Origin: a virus
Strand: one strand, 5' to 3'
IMG/VR virus record: IMGVR_UViG_3300045988_035499
DNA: 64,000 nt
Position numbers and translations under genes: made by a program. Of the stretch, positions 44,104 through 52,572 are shown in pieces. Position 1 is the stretch's first letter, and every line of letters begins with the position of its first letter. The notes under the pieces were generated by a model. That model ran no database searches. It saw only the letters and a program-made list of their open reading frames with translations, and was not told the origin of the DNA.

Positions 44104-44368
44104 AATTAGTAAGTATATTCTAGTAATTATACTTATTATTGTAATAGCTTACACTATTATAAAATGCATTCCTGAACATCCTATATACAATTTTGTAGAT
44201 TTACAAATGAAGTATAAGAGGTATCTATTAGTAGATAAATATGTAGAAAACTTTAGTGATTCTTACGTATTTATACTGAAAAATCCAGTTACTAATCAAA
44301 ACAATAGAGTATATGTAAAAGATTACTTATACACTAATGTATATTTCGTTGGAGATACTATTAAATAA
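44084..44368 (+). CDS. membrane-anchored hypothetical protein
   Basis: N-terminal TM segment (YILVIILIIVIAYTII). Confidence 0.45.
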   Translation: MNNMMNKISKYILVIILIIVIAYTIIKCIPEHPIYNFVDLQMKYKRYLLVDKYVENFSDSYVFILKNPVTNQNNRVYVKDYLYTNVYFVGDTIK

Positions 44369-44483
44369 CAATTATGAAAAGAGAAGATATCAAGCAGAAT
44401 ATCTAAAAACTAACTTTGCTGACCTATTACTTAACTGGTTTGAAAAGTAATTATATTATTAACTATTAAACGTTTATCAAAAA

Positions 44484-44669
44484 ATGAAGAAAAGTTTTAT
44501 TTTACATTCCGCAGTAGACGGTACTGAACTTTTAGTGCCAAGAGACTCCTTAGACTACGCTTACGTAGATGACGATAATAACACTATTGCTGTTATTTTG
44601 TCTAACGAATTTGCGGTTACTGAATCTATGGCTGAAATAGCCGATAACTTAGAAGAAATGGAGGACTAA
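44484..44669 (+). CDS. small acidic hypothetical protein
   Basis: Intact 61-aa ORF. Confidence 0.4.
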   Translation: MKKSFILHSAVDGTELLVPRDSLDYAYVDDDNNTIAVILSNEFAVTESMAEIADNLEEMED

Positions 44670-44671
44670 AA

Positions 44672-45124
44672 ATGGAAAATGAACTAATGAAAATGCCTAA
44701 GTCATCTAATAAAGTATGGATATGGGCACTGCTGTTTATTGCTATTTTAGCAGTCGCAGCGACTGTAATCTATCTCGATCGTGAGAAGATTTCAAGACTT
44801 TTTAACTCTGAGAAGAGTACTGAGCTACAAAAAACTGATATTGCAGAGGATTATGTTCCTACAATACAGGAAACTCTACAAATGAGGGAACAAATGAAAT
44901 GGAATCAGCATGTTGACAGTGTATTTCTTACAATGCCAGAGGTAGTTCTAACTGATATTTTGATTAATCATGGTACAAGTATGTCTATAGAAGACATAGT
45001 TACTATATATGAATCAAACAAGAACTGCTACAATAGTGTTCTAAGTGGTGCACGATCGCAACAATATATTGATTCTATAAATGAAAAACGAGAAGAAAGA
45101 GATACAATTAGTATTTCTCATTAG
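44672..45124 (+). CDS. membrane-anchored hypothetical protein
   Basis: N-terminal TM segment (VWIWALLFIAILAVAATVIYL). Confidence 0.5.
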   Translation: MENELMKMPKSSNKVWIWALLFIAILAVAATVIYLDREKISRLFNSEKSTELQKTDIAEDYVPTIQETLQMREQMKWNQHVDSVFLTMPEVVLTDILINHGTSMSIEDIVTIYESNKNCYNSVLSGARSQQYIDSINEKREERDTISISH

Positions 45125-45157
45125 CGTAACCTCCTAATAAGTTAATATTAGGTTAAC

Positions 45158-45183
45158 TATACTTGTCTGTGAAGATAGGTATA
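45158..45183 (+). repeat. 26-nt GTGA-capped hairpin, copy 2
   Basis: See 43433-43458. Confidence 0.8.
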
Positions 45184-45283
45184 GTCTTCAGAAAATGACA
45201 AACATGTGGGGCGTAAGAAATTCTATATCTATAATCCATTCTGTTTAAGTTATAGATGAAAGTAACAGAAAAGAATTTTGATC

Positions 45284-45301
45284 GTGCAGACGTTAAAATC
45301 A
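45284..45301 (+). repeat. 18-nt motif GTGCAGACGTTAAAATCA, copy 2
   Basis: See 43251-43268. Confidence 0.8.
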
Positions 45302-45542
45302 TGTACTCCAATAAGGATGGTTTGACAGCTATTCCTGCTTATGAGTTAAAACTATAGTGAGAGTCAGAATATATTAGGTAAGAGAAAACAAGTGAATACT
45401 ATTTATCTTATTAACATGTTTTACAACAAAAGTGGCTAAAAGAGTTTAGCAAAAGTCTGATACTTAGACTTAAAACACAAATCCAAAAGTATCTTGGTCG
45501 TCGTCAATAATTATTAACTAACAATTTAAGATTATGTAAAAA

Positions 45543-45788
45543 ATGAAAGGAAAACGGTATTTGACTGAAATCACATTTAAAACAGATCACTTTTTAGCTA
45601 ATTTATTAGCAGTAAGAAGTTTCTGTGGTATTACTCCACTATCTAAAGCTAAAGAATTAGTTAATCAAGGTAGAAATGGGGTGACTGTAAACAATCTTCA
45701 TTTAGAATTAAATACTAAATTATCTACAGATGACTTAGTAGCTAAGCTAGATGAATATGAAATATACATTAAAATAACTAATCAATAG
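45543..45788 (+). CDS. hypothetical protein
   Basis: Intact 81-aa ORF terminated by TAG (45786-45788). Confidence 0.5.
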   Translation: MKGKRYLTEITFKTDHFLANLLAVRSFCGITPLSKAKELVNQGRNGVTVNNLHLELNTKLSTDDLVAKLDEYEIYIKITNQ

Positions 45789-45796
45789 TAAAAAAA

Positions 45797-46303
45797 ATGA
45801 AAGCAATTATTATCGTATTTGATGGAGAGTATTTACCTGAATATGGTGGACAGGATGCACTCTGCGCTAAATTAGTTAAGACATTTAGCGCACGCTCTAA
45901 TGGCGTAGAAGTACCTAATAGAAAAGTAAAAGTTGTTACTATGACTGACTCTGATATAGAGAAGTTATTAGTATTAAATACTTTAACTAAAACAGAAGGT
46001 ATAAGTTGTGCTACAATTAATCAATCTGTAAAAATAGCAGATATAATTGATGATTTCTGTAAAAAGGTATTAGCTATTGTAGGTAGTAGAGTATTACTTG
46101 GGGAAAGTACCTTTAAACAGGCTTTTGTTATTAATCTGATTAATAAAGATGAACTACGTAAGCATCCTGCAGTACCGTATATTGCAGAGATAACAGATGA
46201 AAAGATATATCTTGATAGACGTAATCAGCTAAATAGCTATAAATACGGCTGTCTACCAGAGTATATTAACATAGTTCACAATAGTATATGTAAACTCTAC
46301 TAA
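45797..46303 (+). CDS. hypothetical protein
   Basis: Intact 168-aa ORF. Confidence 0.5.
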   Translation: MKAIIIVFDGEYLPEYGGQDALCAKLVKTFSARSNGVEVPNRKVKVVTMTDSDIEKLLVLNTLTKTEGISCATINQSVKIADIIDDFCKKVLAIVGSRVLLGESTFKQAFVINLINKDELRKHPAVPYIAEITDEKIYLDRRNQLNSYKYGCLPEYINIVHNSICKLY

Positions 46304-46304
46304 T

Positions 46305-46403
46305 ATGGCAAAGACAGATAAGGAAGAAAAACCGAAAGACTTCAAGAAGAGGCCTAAACATAAAAAAATGGAGCCTTATAGCCGCACTAAAGCATGGAAA
46401 TAA
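46305..46403 (+). CDS. 32-aa basic peptide (hypothetical)
   Basis: ATG 46305, TAA 46401-46403. Confidence 0.25.
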   Translation: MAKTDKEEKPKDFKKRPKHKKMEPYSRTKAWK

Positions 46404-46543
46404 TTGAACAACAATGTCCTACACGTGATAATAAAATTGCCTGTAGTGAATGCCCTCATGAGTGTAAACTCAGAATGGAACCAAAGAACAGTACGTCAAC
46501 AGAGATTCCGCCAGAGTCTCTGCCAACTGTTATATATTACTAA
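46394..46543 (+). CDS. 49-aa Cys-rich peptide (hypothetical)
   Basis: ATG 46394. MEIIEQQCPTRDNKIACSECPHECK. A better candidate than the overlapping TTG-initiated track ORF 46404..46619. Confidence 0.3.
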   Translation: MEIIEQQCPTRDNKIACSECPHECKLRMEPKNSTSTEIPPESLPTVIYY

Positions 46544-46768
46544 TTTTAATTTGTTAGTAACATGGTGGATTCAGTCAACCAAAGGATTACTTAAAGCCAG
46601 AACCCTAATGGAAGCTTAGTACTACTAAGCTACTAAGCAAGAGTACAAAGGACTATACAACGGTCAACCTAGCAATAGGTCAGGAGAAGGACGTGGGCTG
46701 TCTGCGAATAAGAAGTACAAATAAGCAGAGTAATTCTTTTAAATTTAAATCATTAAATATCAAGTTAT

Positions 46769-47056
46769 ATGACAAAAACAAAAAGAATAAAACAATTAAA
46801 AGCAGCTATATCTACAGGACTATTAAGTATAATAGATACAAAGTACTGTGAAAAAGAAATTGCTAAATTAGAAAAGCAATTAAAAGCTGAAGAACAACGA
46901 ATTCATATTTTTCTTATGAAATGTTCTGAAAATTCATTAAAGCGTAAAGAAGCTTATGAAAACAGAAAATTGATAAAAGCAGGAGAAAGAGAAAGTTATC
47001 GTCAACGTAAAATAAGACTTAATAAAGAAAGAAGAGATTCTTTAAATAAGTATTAA
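46769..47056 (+). CDS. basic coiled-coil hypothetical protein
   Basis: Intact 95-aa ORF. Confidence 0.5.
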   Translation: MTKTKRIKQLKAAISTGLLSIIDTKYCEKEIAKLEKQLKAEEQRIHIFLMKCSENSLKRKEAYENRKLIKAGERESYRQRKIRLNKERRDSLNKY

Positions 47057-47057
47057 A

Positions 47058-47285
47058 ATGGCATATTACTATACTCAAATAAATATAGCTCCTACTGAAG
47101 ATATAGATAGAAGAGCTGAAGCATTAGCATATTTTCACAATATGAATATTGCAGATGCACTATTAATGTGTAGTAAAAATAAATGGAAAAGTATTAAAGT
47201 CAAAGTTAAATACATAGCTAAAGCTGTAGTATATGCTAGATATAGATACTTTTCTGATTGTGACTTTATAGAAATAATTCCATAG
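47058..47285 (+). CDS. hypothetical protein
   Basis: Intact 75-aa ORF terminated by TAG. Confidence 0.45.
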   Translation: MAYYYTQINIAPTEDIDRRAEALAYFHNMNIADALLMCSKNKWKSIKVKVKYIAKAVVYARYRYFSDCDFIEIIP

Positions 47286-47328
47286 AGTTAATTAATATAT
47301 TTTTTAATCATTAAAACTGTAATCAAAA

Positions 47329-47799
47329 ATGGCAGAAAAAGAAAAAATGAACATCCTCACAACTGAGGATATCAATGGAGAAAATATCCAAGAGGTTATC
47401 TCCAATTCAAGTAAGGTAACGGAAGATATTGCAACGAAAGCAGCAGAAAAGATTGCTGAGCGTCGTAAAGAGAAACTTACGAACGACCTTATTGAAGTTG
47501 TACAGAAGTGCGAATATACAGTATCGGCTGCGGTACTGCAAGTTCGTCGCTCTAATCGTACAAACCAACGTATCAAAAGCTATCTGAAGTCTTTGTCAGA
47601 ACTAGCTGAAGATGTCAAGAGCGGAAAGAAACCTGTAACAGCATGGGACAAAGAAGCTCGTGAGATGAAGAAGCAGTTTGACAAAGACTTGATTGAAATT
47701 GGAAAGAGTATCGATGAATCTCTTCGTGAGCTGAACGAAATCTTCCCGAATTCATGGCAATGGCGATACGGAGAATTAGTTCCTGGAAACAAAAATTAA
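47329..47799 (+). CDS. hypothetical protein
   Basis: Intact 156-aa ORF that looks GC-richer by eye. Three antisense track ORFs are shadows. Confidence 0.55.
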   Translation: MAEKEKMNILTTEDINGENIQEVISNSSKVTEDIATKAAEKIAERRKEKLTNDLIEVVQKCEYTVSAAVLQVRRSNRTNQRIKSYLKSLSELAEDVKSGKKPVTAWDKEAREMKKQFDKDLIEIGKSIDESLRELNEIFPNSWQWRYGELVPGNKN

Positions 47800-47828
47800 T
47801 TCTCAAATTAAAAGAGACACCAGAGTTA

Positions 47829-47841
47829 GAATCTTTGAATC
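47829..47841 (+). repeat. 13-mer GAATCTTTGAATC, copy 1
   Basis: Exact copies at 47920-47932, 48055-48067 and 53840-53852. Confidence 0.85.
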
Positions 47842-47919
47842 AATACTCTTAGTGAGGGGCGGTTGGGCTTTTGCCGGGGATACCAGCGCACACGGACCTG
47901 AATTAACAGGTCACATATG

Positions 47920-47932
47920 GAATCTTTGAATC
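47920..47932 (+). repeat. 13-mer GAATCTTTGAATC, copy 2
   Basis: Exact repeat. Confidence 0.85.
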
Positions 47933-48054
47933 AATTATGTGGTGTTACAATGAACTACTGATCATAAGTCTGAGATCGCGACAATAAGATTGTCCCGCAT
48001 TAGTAATAATGCTGAAACGCTTTAGTCGTGATATCAAGTCAGACAGATATTTGT

Positions 48055-48067
48055 GAATCTTTGAATC
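48055..48067 (+). repeat. 13-mer GAATCTTTGAATC, copy 3
   Basis: Exact repeat. Confidence 0.85.
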
Positions 48068-48194
48068 TTATAGAACTAAGTAACGAGTTTGAGAATGTTC
48101 TATATCAGATATCGTTAGTATTATCAAGATCAGTAATAGAGATTAACCATCTCAAGACCATAGGGTATATGACTTTGGTCGGTCATATACCCAC

Positions 48195-48254
48195 ATTGAC
48201 TGCTAGGTCTATGAATCAGTCGTATGGACGAGGGTTTGATCCCCTCCAGCTCCA
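48195..48254 (+). ncRNA. tmRNA-like acceptor piece (3' half of a tRNA-like domain)
   Basis: GGACGAGGGTTTGATCCCCTCCAGCTCCA: T arm GAGGG-TTTGATC-CCCTC (48230-48246), acceptor 3' strand CAGCTCC (48247-48253), discriminator A. Closely resembles bacterial ssrA 3' ends as I recall them. Confidence 0.5.
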
Positions 48255-48382
48255 CAACAAGTGCTAAAGGATGTGGGTGAGACTCCCTTAAGTGCTCGCG
48301 AGATAGTAATTGCTTGAGCTGCCTGATAACGGCTAGGATAATTTAGAAGCTTCGTTCTAGCTGGCACTTTATTACATTACAA

Positions 48383-48520
48383 GGGGCTGAATGAATTTGA
48401 CAGCGACAATGTGAAGTAGAATAGGTCAATAAGCAGATAACTGGCAACACAAGTTATGTAACAGATTACACTCGCTTAGTAGCGTAAGTAATCTAACGGC
48501 TAAGCTAATGTCGTAAAAAG
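48383..48520 (+). ncRNA. tmRNA-like coding piece (5' acceptor strand plus candidate tag frame)
   Basis: GGGGCTGAATGAATTTGACAGCG starts at 48383. GGGGCTG pairs with the upstream CAGCTCC. GCGAC/GTCGT and GTCAAT/ATTGAC give P2-like pairing. A frame from GGC 48443 encodes GNTSYVTDYTRLVA and stops at TAA 48485. Confidence 0.45.
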
Positions 48521-48524
48521 CTGG

Positions 48525-48599
48525 AGTAAGTAAGCTTTGCATGGTAGTGAAGCCTTGGGTTTTACCAAGAGATAAGGAGTTCGAGTCTCCTACTTACTA
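48525..48599 (+). ncRNA. tRNA-like element with a 6-nt anticodon loop
   Basis: AGTAAGT/ACTTACT acceptor, GCTT/AAGC D stem, AGGAG-TTCGAGT-CTCCT T arm. The anticodon arm is CTTGG-GTTTTA-CCAAG (six-nt loop, no position 26). Confidence 0.4.
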
Positions 48600-48635
48600 C
48601 AACTAAATTAAATTTAATCAATAAATTAATTTGAA

Positions 48636-48914
48636 ATGGGATTAATGAATTTTATCAGAGAAAACTTACCTGAATCATGGGATAAGGCTTCAACAGAAAT
48701 GAGAATGAAAACCGAATTAATACATCGGTTGCATAGTGTAGTACCATATACTTATAAAAATAGGTATCACTACAAAGAAGGTATAGCGTACATCAGAAGA
48801 CTGTTTAATACTAGAGCGGATATAATCCACTTAATAGATGCAACAGACATTGATGTTGATAAGTGGAAAGAATTAGGTAACAAAATTAAAGAAATCGAAT
48901 ATCAATGCGTGTAA
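48636..48914 (+). CDS. hypothetical protein
   Basis: Intact 92-aa ORF. Confidence 0.5.
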   Translation: MGLMNFIRENLPESWDKASTEMRMKTELIHRLHSVVPYTYKNRYHYKEGIAYIRRLFNTRADIIHLIDATDIDVDKWKELGNKIKEIEYQCV

Positions 48915-49096
48915 GATACTTTGCGTGGTTCGACTCAAAAGCCGAACAGACTGAATTCATTAAATTACTTAATGATTCTCGTACTGAAAATGAAGCTATT
49001 AATAAAGTAGCTCAGAAGTATCCAGATCTAAGAATGTCGGAAATAGCTGGAATAGTAGATAACTTTAAAAAACAAATTAATAATCATGAGACTTAA
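48905..49096 (+). CDS. hypothetical protein
   Basis: Intact 63-aa ORF overlapping both neighbours, operon-like. Confidence 0.45.
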   Translation: MRVRYFAWFDSKAEQTEFIKLLNDSRTENEAINKVAQKYPDLRMSEIAGIVDNFKKQINNHET

Positions 49097-49544
49097 TCAT
49101 CCTGGTATATACCGGATTATTGGCGAGAGTTTTGAACTACTTGCTAATTGTGTTGGAGAAGCTCCTTGTATTAGGATTACTTCAGCTTTATATATGAATG
49201 ACCTCGTTCAAAGAGGTAAGTTTACAATCCTCGAAGAGGAATCTATTGAAATTCAGAGTATCTATGCAGATCCAGATGCATTTGTATTCTTAGAATATGA
49301 ATATTCTGAAATATGTAATCTACCACCTTATCGTAAAACGATACGTGGTACGAAGATGCCTAATATCTCTAAAGATGAGATAAAGGAATTCACAGAAAGA
49401 TATCTAGAAGATATTAAGATTAATGGTCGTGGAGTAATGGCTACTAAAAGTTATATCATGAGTAAAACTGAGTGGTCATTATCACAGATTAACGTCGTAA
49501 TACTTCAGATACAAAAAATACTAAAGCGTAATGGACGTTTATAG
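49086..49544 (+). CDS. hypothetical protein
   Basis: Intact 152-aa ORF. Confidence 0.5.
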   Translation: MRLNHPGIYRIIGESFELLANCVGEAPCIRITSALYMNDLVQRGKFTILEEESIEIQSIYADPDAFVFLEYEYSEICNLPPYRKTIRGTKMPNISKDEIKEFTERYLEDIKINGRGVMATKSYIMSKTEWSLSQINVVILQIQKILKRNGRL

Positions 49545-49890
49545 TTTAACCAATAGAGTATATACTCATTGGGGCAAGAGATATAACAGTTTTAATTGGA
49601 ATGACGAATGGAAAACCCATACAAGACTGTATTCTAAGACTAGATTCAGAGGCACTCCTATCATAGCATGGCTCGATATGAATATACTCCAAAGAATAGG
49701 TAAAGATTCTGATTTTACTATCAAAGTAAGAATTAGAATATTATGTGGTATGATTAACAAAATACCACATAATGTTTATTCTAGAGAAATGAAAATTAGT
49801 TTTATGGAATGTGTATGGGATATCTATAAGCAGTTCAAGAAAAGCTGGGAAAATTGGCATTGTAGATATGTACTAGGATTGCCATTCTAA
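49531..49890 (+). CDS. hypothetical protein
   Basis: Intact 119-aa ORF. Confidence 0.5.
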   Translation: MDVYSLTNRVYTHWGKRYNSFNWNDEWKTHTRLYSKTRFRGTPIIAWLDMNILQRIGKDSDFTIKVRIRILCGMINKIPHNVYSREMKISFMECVWDIYKQFKKSWENWHCRYVLGLPF

Positions 49891-49920
49891 GGATATAGGG
49901 CTTTGATCGGCCCTATATCC
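49891..49920 (+). promoter_or_regulatory. 11-bp perfect hairpin between 49531..49890 and the sigma-factor gene
   Basis: GGATATAGGGC-tttgatcg-GCCCTATATCC, starting at the nucleotide after the TAA. No U tract. Confidence 0.45.
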
Positions 49921-49938
49921 ACTATAAAGCCCGTAGAT

Positions 49939-50499
49939 ATGACAGATGAAGAAAAACAACAGTTATTCGATCTGATCAAACAGGCGAAAGAAGGCAAGCA
50001 AATTGCCTTTACAAAGCTTTATGAAAAGTATAAGCAAACTATCTACATTACTATATATCATATAGTAAATAACAGAGACGTTGCTGATGATTTAACATCA
50101 GTTACTTTCATAAAAGCTTTTTCTAAGATTAGTAGTTATGTTAATAACATTTCATTTGAGATGTGGTTAAAAACAATAGCTATTAATAGTAGTATTGACT
50201 ATATTCGTCGTACTAAAAAAGAGAAGTCAAATTATTGGATTGACGATAGTGATAATAGTTTCCAGTTGAGTGATTCTGCAGATCATTCACCTGAAGAGAA
50301 TTATATCTTTGAAGAAACAAATTTGAAACTACAAGATGCTTTATCAAGACTTCGCTTTAAGTATAGGAATATATTAAAGTTGCGTACTGAGAATAATCTC
50401 TCTTACAAAGAGATTTCAGAGCAACTTGGTCTTAGTGAGAGTCAAGTAAAATCGACACTCAATAAGGCTAGAGAGAAACTTAAACAATTGTTAAACTAA
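49939..50499 (+). CDS. sigma-70 family (ECF-like) RNA polymerase sigma factor
   Basis: Region 2-like DVADDLTSVTFIKAF...WLKTIAINSSIDYIRR and region 4 HTH LSYKEISEQLGLSESQVKSTLNKAREKL. ATG at 49939; the track starts at a TTG at 49903. Confidence 0.75.
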   Translation: MTDEEKQQLFDLIKQAKEGKQIAFTKLYEKYKQTIYITIYHIVNNRDVADDLTSVTFIKAFSKISSYVNNISFEMWLKTIAINSSIDYIRRTKKEKSNYWIDDSDNSFQLSDSADHSPEENYIFEETNLKLQDALSRLRFKYRNILKLRTENNLSYKEISEQLGLSESQVKSTLNKAREKLKQLLN

Positions 50500-50516
50500 A
50501 AAAAGATTTACTAATT

Positions 50517-50879
50517 ATGACAGCAGCTTGGATTATTGTGTTACTATTAGTAGCATTTGTACTTTCGCGAGTATTTCGCAGTACTAAGATCTGGTGGAGT
50601 TTTATCTCTGCTATTATGGCTGGTCTATTAGTAGGTTTGTTGAGTAAAGAAGTTGTAAAGTCTACTAAGGTAGATAATACAGCTACTTTTACTCAACTAG
50701 TTAACACCATGAATGAGGAGAGTGTAGCGTGCATGCAAAACTCAATTGAGTTGATCGTAGAAGATCCTACTATAACAGTAGTTGCAGGTTACATTGCAAA
50801 GCTTTATTCATTTGACGCATTAACTAGTACAACAGCCACTAATGGGAGAGATTCACCAGCAATAGAGGATGATAGTTGA
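50517..50879 (+). CDS. two-TM membrane protein (anti-sigma candidate by position only)
   Basis: Two N-terminal hydrophobic helices. Starts 18 nt after the sigma gene. Confidence 0.4.
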   Translation: MTAAWIIVLLLVAFVLSRVFRSTKIWWSFISAIMAGLLVGLLSKEVVKSTKVDNTATFTQLVNTMNEESVACMQNSIELIVEDPTITVVAGYIAKLYSFDALTSTTATNGRDSPAIEDDS

Positions 50880-50954
50880 ACCTCTTAAAACATTCTATTT
50901 TTATTACAAACAAATATTAATTAACTTTTTGGAACAAACAATTTATCAAGAATT

Positions 50955-52505
50955 ATGGAAAAAGAAATGACTAAAGCAGAAAGAAAAGCTGCTTTGAAAG
51001 CTGCAAAGAAAGCAGCTAAGGAAGAGAAGAAGGCTGCAATCGCTAATGGCGGTAACGATAAGCCTGAAGTTAAAACTGAGACTAAGAAAGCTGAGGATAC
51101 TCAGCAAGTAGCTGCACAGACAGTAACTAATGAAACTTCTGCAAAGAAGGGAGAGACTAAGAAGGAAGAAAAGCCTCAAGCCACCCAGAAAGAGCAGAAG
51201 AAAGAGGAAAAAGCTCCTTCTAAGAAAAAGGAACCAAAGATTCCCACAATTATTCCTGAAGATGCATCTAAGGATGTAAAGAAGGATCCTGCAGAAGTTG
51301 CAATTAAACGTGCTACTTCCTTAGTAAATGCAGTTGACAATGTAGGAATTCCTATAGGGTCTACATCCTCATCTCTTGATGGTAAAGCGATGTTATCTTT
51401 CGTAATGCAACAGCGTTATGCAAATAACAAAGAATTAGCTGAACGCTATCCAGAAATGTATGCTGACATTAATCGTAACATTGATGTTGTGACATTGTTA
51501 GCACTTGTAGATGTCCGTCAGGATTTGTTTAATCGTGGAGAGAAAGGTGAACTCGAACTTCAGATTGATGCAAATCAAATCATGCCGCTACAAAGTATGG
51601 CAGAAATGCTAGGAATTAAACTAGCTCCTGCTAAAGCTCTGCCTGGAAACGATAAACAGTTGTCTATCGATTTTACAAAATCTGAAGTACCTAATGAGCT
51701 TTCTAAAGATGCAGGTACGTCTTCTATTAAAGAAGAAAAGGTTGAGCTTGATCCGAACAAGATCACTTCTGATGATATGGTAAATTCTGCCTTAGAACAT
51801 ATCATCAAAAACGGAAAGAATATGGCAGAAAACATCGTTAACATCGTAGAATGGTATCGTACTTATTGCATTACTAAAGAAGAAAATGCAGATAAGAAAC
51901 TGGCTCTTGATGACAGAACTACAGCTGAATGGCTGGAAGAGATCTTCACAAGAATTAAACCAGTTAGCTTATTACAAGGTCTTGGTCGTGCAGTATATCT
52001 GTATACTTCTCAAACAGGCTCTCCGTGTAGTGCTCATGCAATCTTGCATACACACATGTCTAAAGCTGGTTGGTCTGAAGAACAGATTGCAAGTACGCTA
52101 AAAGCTCTTATTGGAGAGAACTTCCGCTATAAGCTAAAGGATGACAATACATTGAAACCGACGGAAGACAAGGCATTAAATGCTATTGTTGGTAATCTTG
52201 GTACTGAATATATCGACAAGATATTTGCCGACTATAATCTCAGTAATGAGACTATTAACAGTGCAGAAGAGAGTAAGAAATCTGAACTTGAGAACAATCG
52301 TTCAACAGCTCGAAAAGTCTTAGGTATTCTTCGTACTAATTACTTCCCGAAGGAACATAAACCTACTGATGCAGAATTGCGAATGGTAGTAGGTCAGATT
52401 ATTAATCTGTATCGTAATCCAGCAGATCGTCTCGCAGAATACTGCGGAGAGTCAATCAGCAGTCCTAAGGAAAGCGAATTTCCAACAAGTGAAAAAAAAA
52501 ATTAA
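50955..52505 (+). CDS. hypothetical 516-aa protein with a Lys/Ala/Glu-rich N-terminal tract
   Basis: Intact ORF that looks GC-richer by eye. Antisense track ORFs are shadows. Confidence 0.55.
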   Translation: MEKEMTKAERKAALKAAKKAAKEEKKAAIANGGNDKPEVKTETKKAEDTQQVAAQTVTNETSAKKGETKKEEKPQATQKEQKKEEKAPSKKKEPKIPTIIPEDASKDVKKDPAEVAIKRATSLVNAVDNVGIPIGSTSSSLDGKAMLSFVMQQRYANNKELAERYPEMYADINRNIDVVTLLALVDVRQDLFNRGEKGELELQIDANQIMPLQSMAEMLGIKLAPAKALPGNDKQLSIDFTKSEVPNELSKDAGTSSIKEEKVELDPNKITSDDMVNSALEHIIKNGKNMAENIVNIVEWYRTYCITKEENADKKLALDDRTTAEWLEEIFTRIKPVSLLQGLGRAVYLYTSQTGSPCSAHAILHTHMSKAGWSEEQIASTLKALIGENFRYKLKDDNTLKPTEDKALNAIVGNLGTEYIDKIFADYNLSNETINSAEESKKSELENNRSTARKVLGILRTNYFPKEHKPTDAELRMVVGQIINLYRNPADRLAEYCGESISSPKESEFPTSEKKN

Positions 52506-52572
52506 ACCCAGCTAAAATATGGCTAAGTTTAAGCTTTTGGAAGAAACTATTCTCTAAAAAATCATAATCAAT

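Larger units (their letters stand above)
45125..45540 (+). ncRNA. ORF-free island 4 (third copy of the island-3 RNA module)
   Basis: The hairpin at 45158-45183, ATGTGGGGCG and GTGCAGACGTTAAAATCA (45284-45301) occur in the same order as in island 3. Confidence 0.45.
47805..48190 (+). ncRNA. ORF-free structured region upstream of the tmRNA-like T arm
   Basis: Three exact copies of GAATCTTTGAATC, a GC-rich segment GAGGGGCGGTTGGGCTTTTGCCGGGG, and the 11-bp hairpin GGGTATATGAC/GTCATATACCC (about 48163-48192). Confidence 0.4.

Noticed and set aside
47304-47806. Three antisense ORFs (47304..47576, 47580..47792, 47615..47806).
   Set aside because: They lie opposite the intact ATG-initiated gene 47329..47799 in a stretch that looks GC-richer. 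That gene fits the plus-strand operon.
47854-47866. GAGGGGCGGTTGG, identical to my recollection of the E. coli ssrA pseudoknot-1 region.
   Set aside because: It lies upstream of the acceptor piece, where PK1 is not expected in known permuted tmRNAs. I could not fold a pseudoknot around it. It may be coincidence, so I did not use it as evidence.
48028-48267. ORF 48028..48267 (+).
   Set aside because: It runs straight through the tmRNA-like T arm and acceptor strand and two copies of the 13-mer motif.
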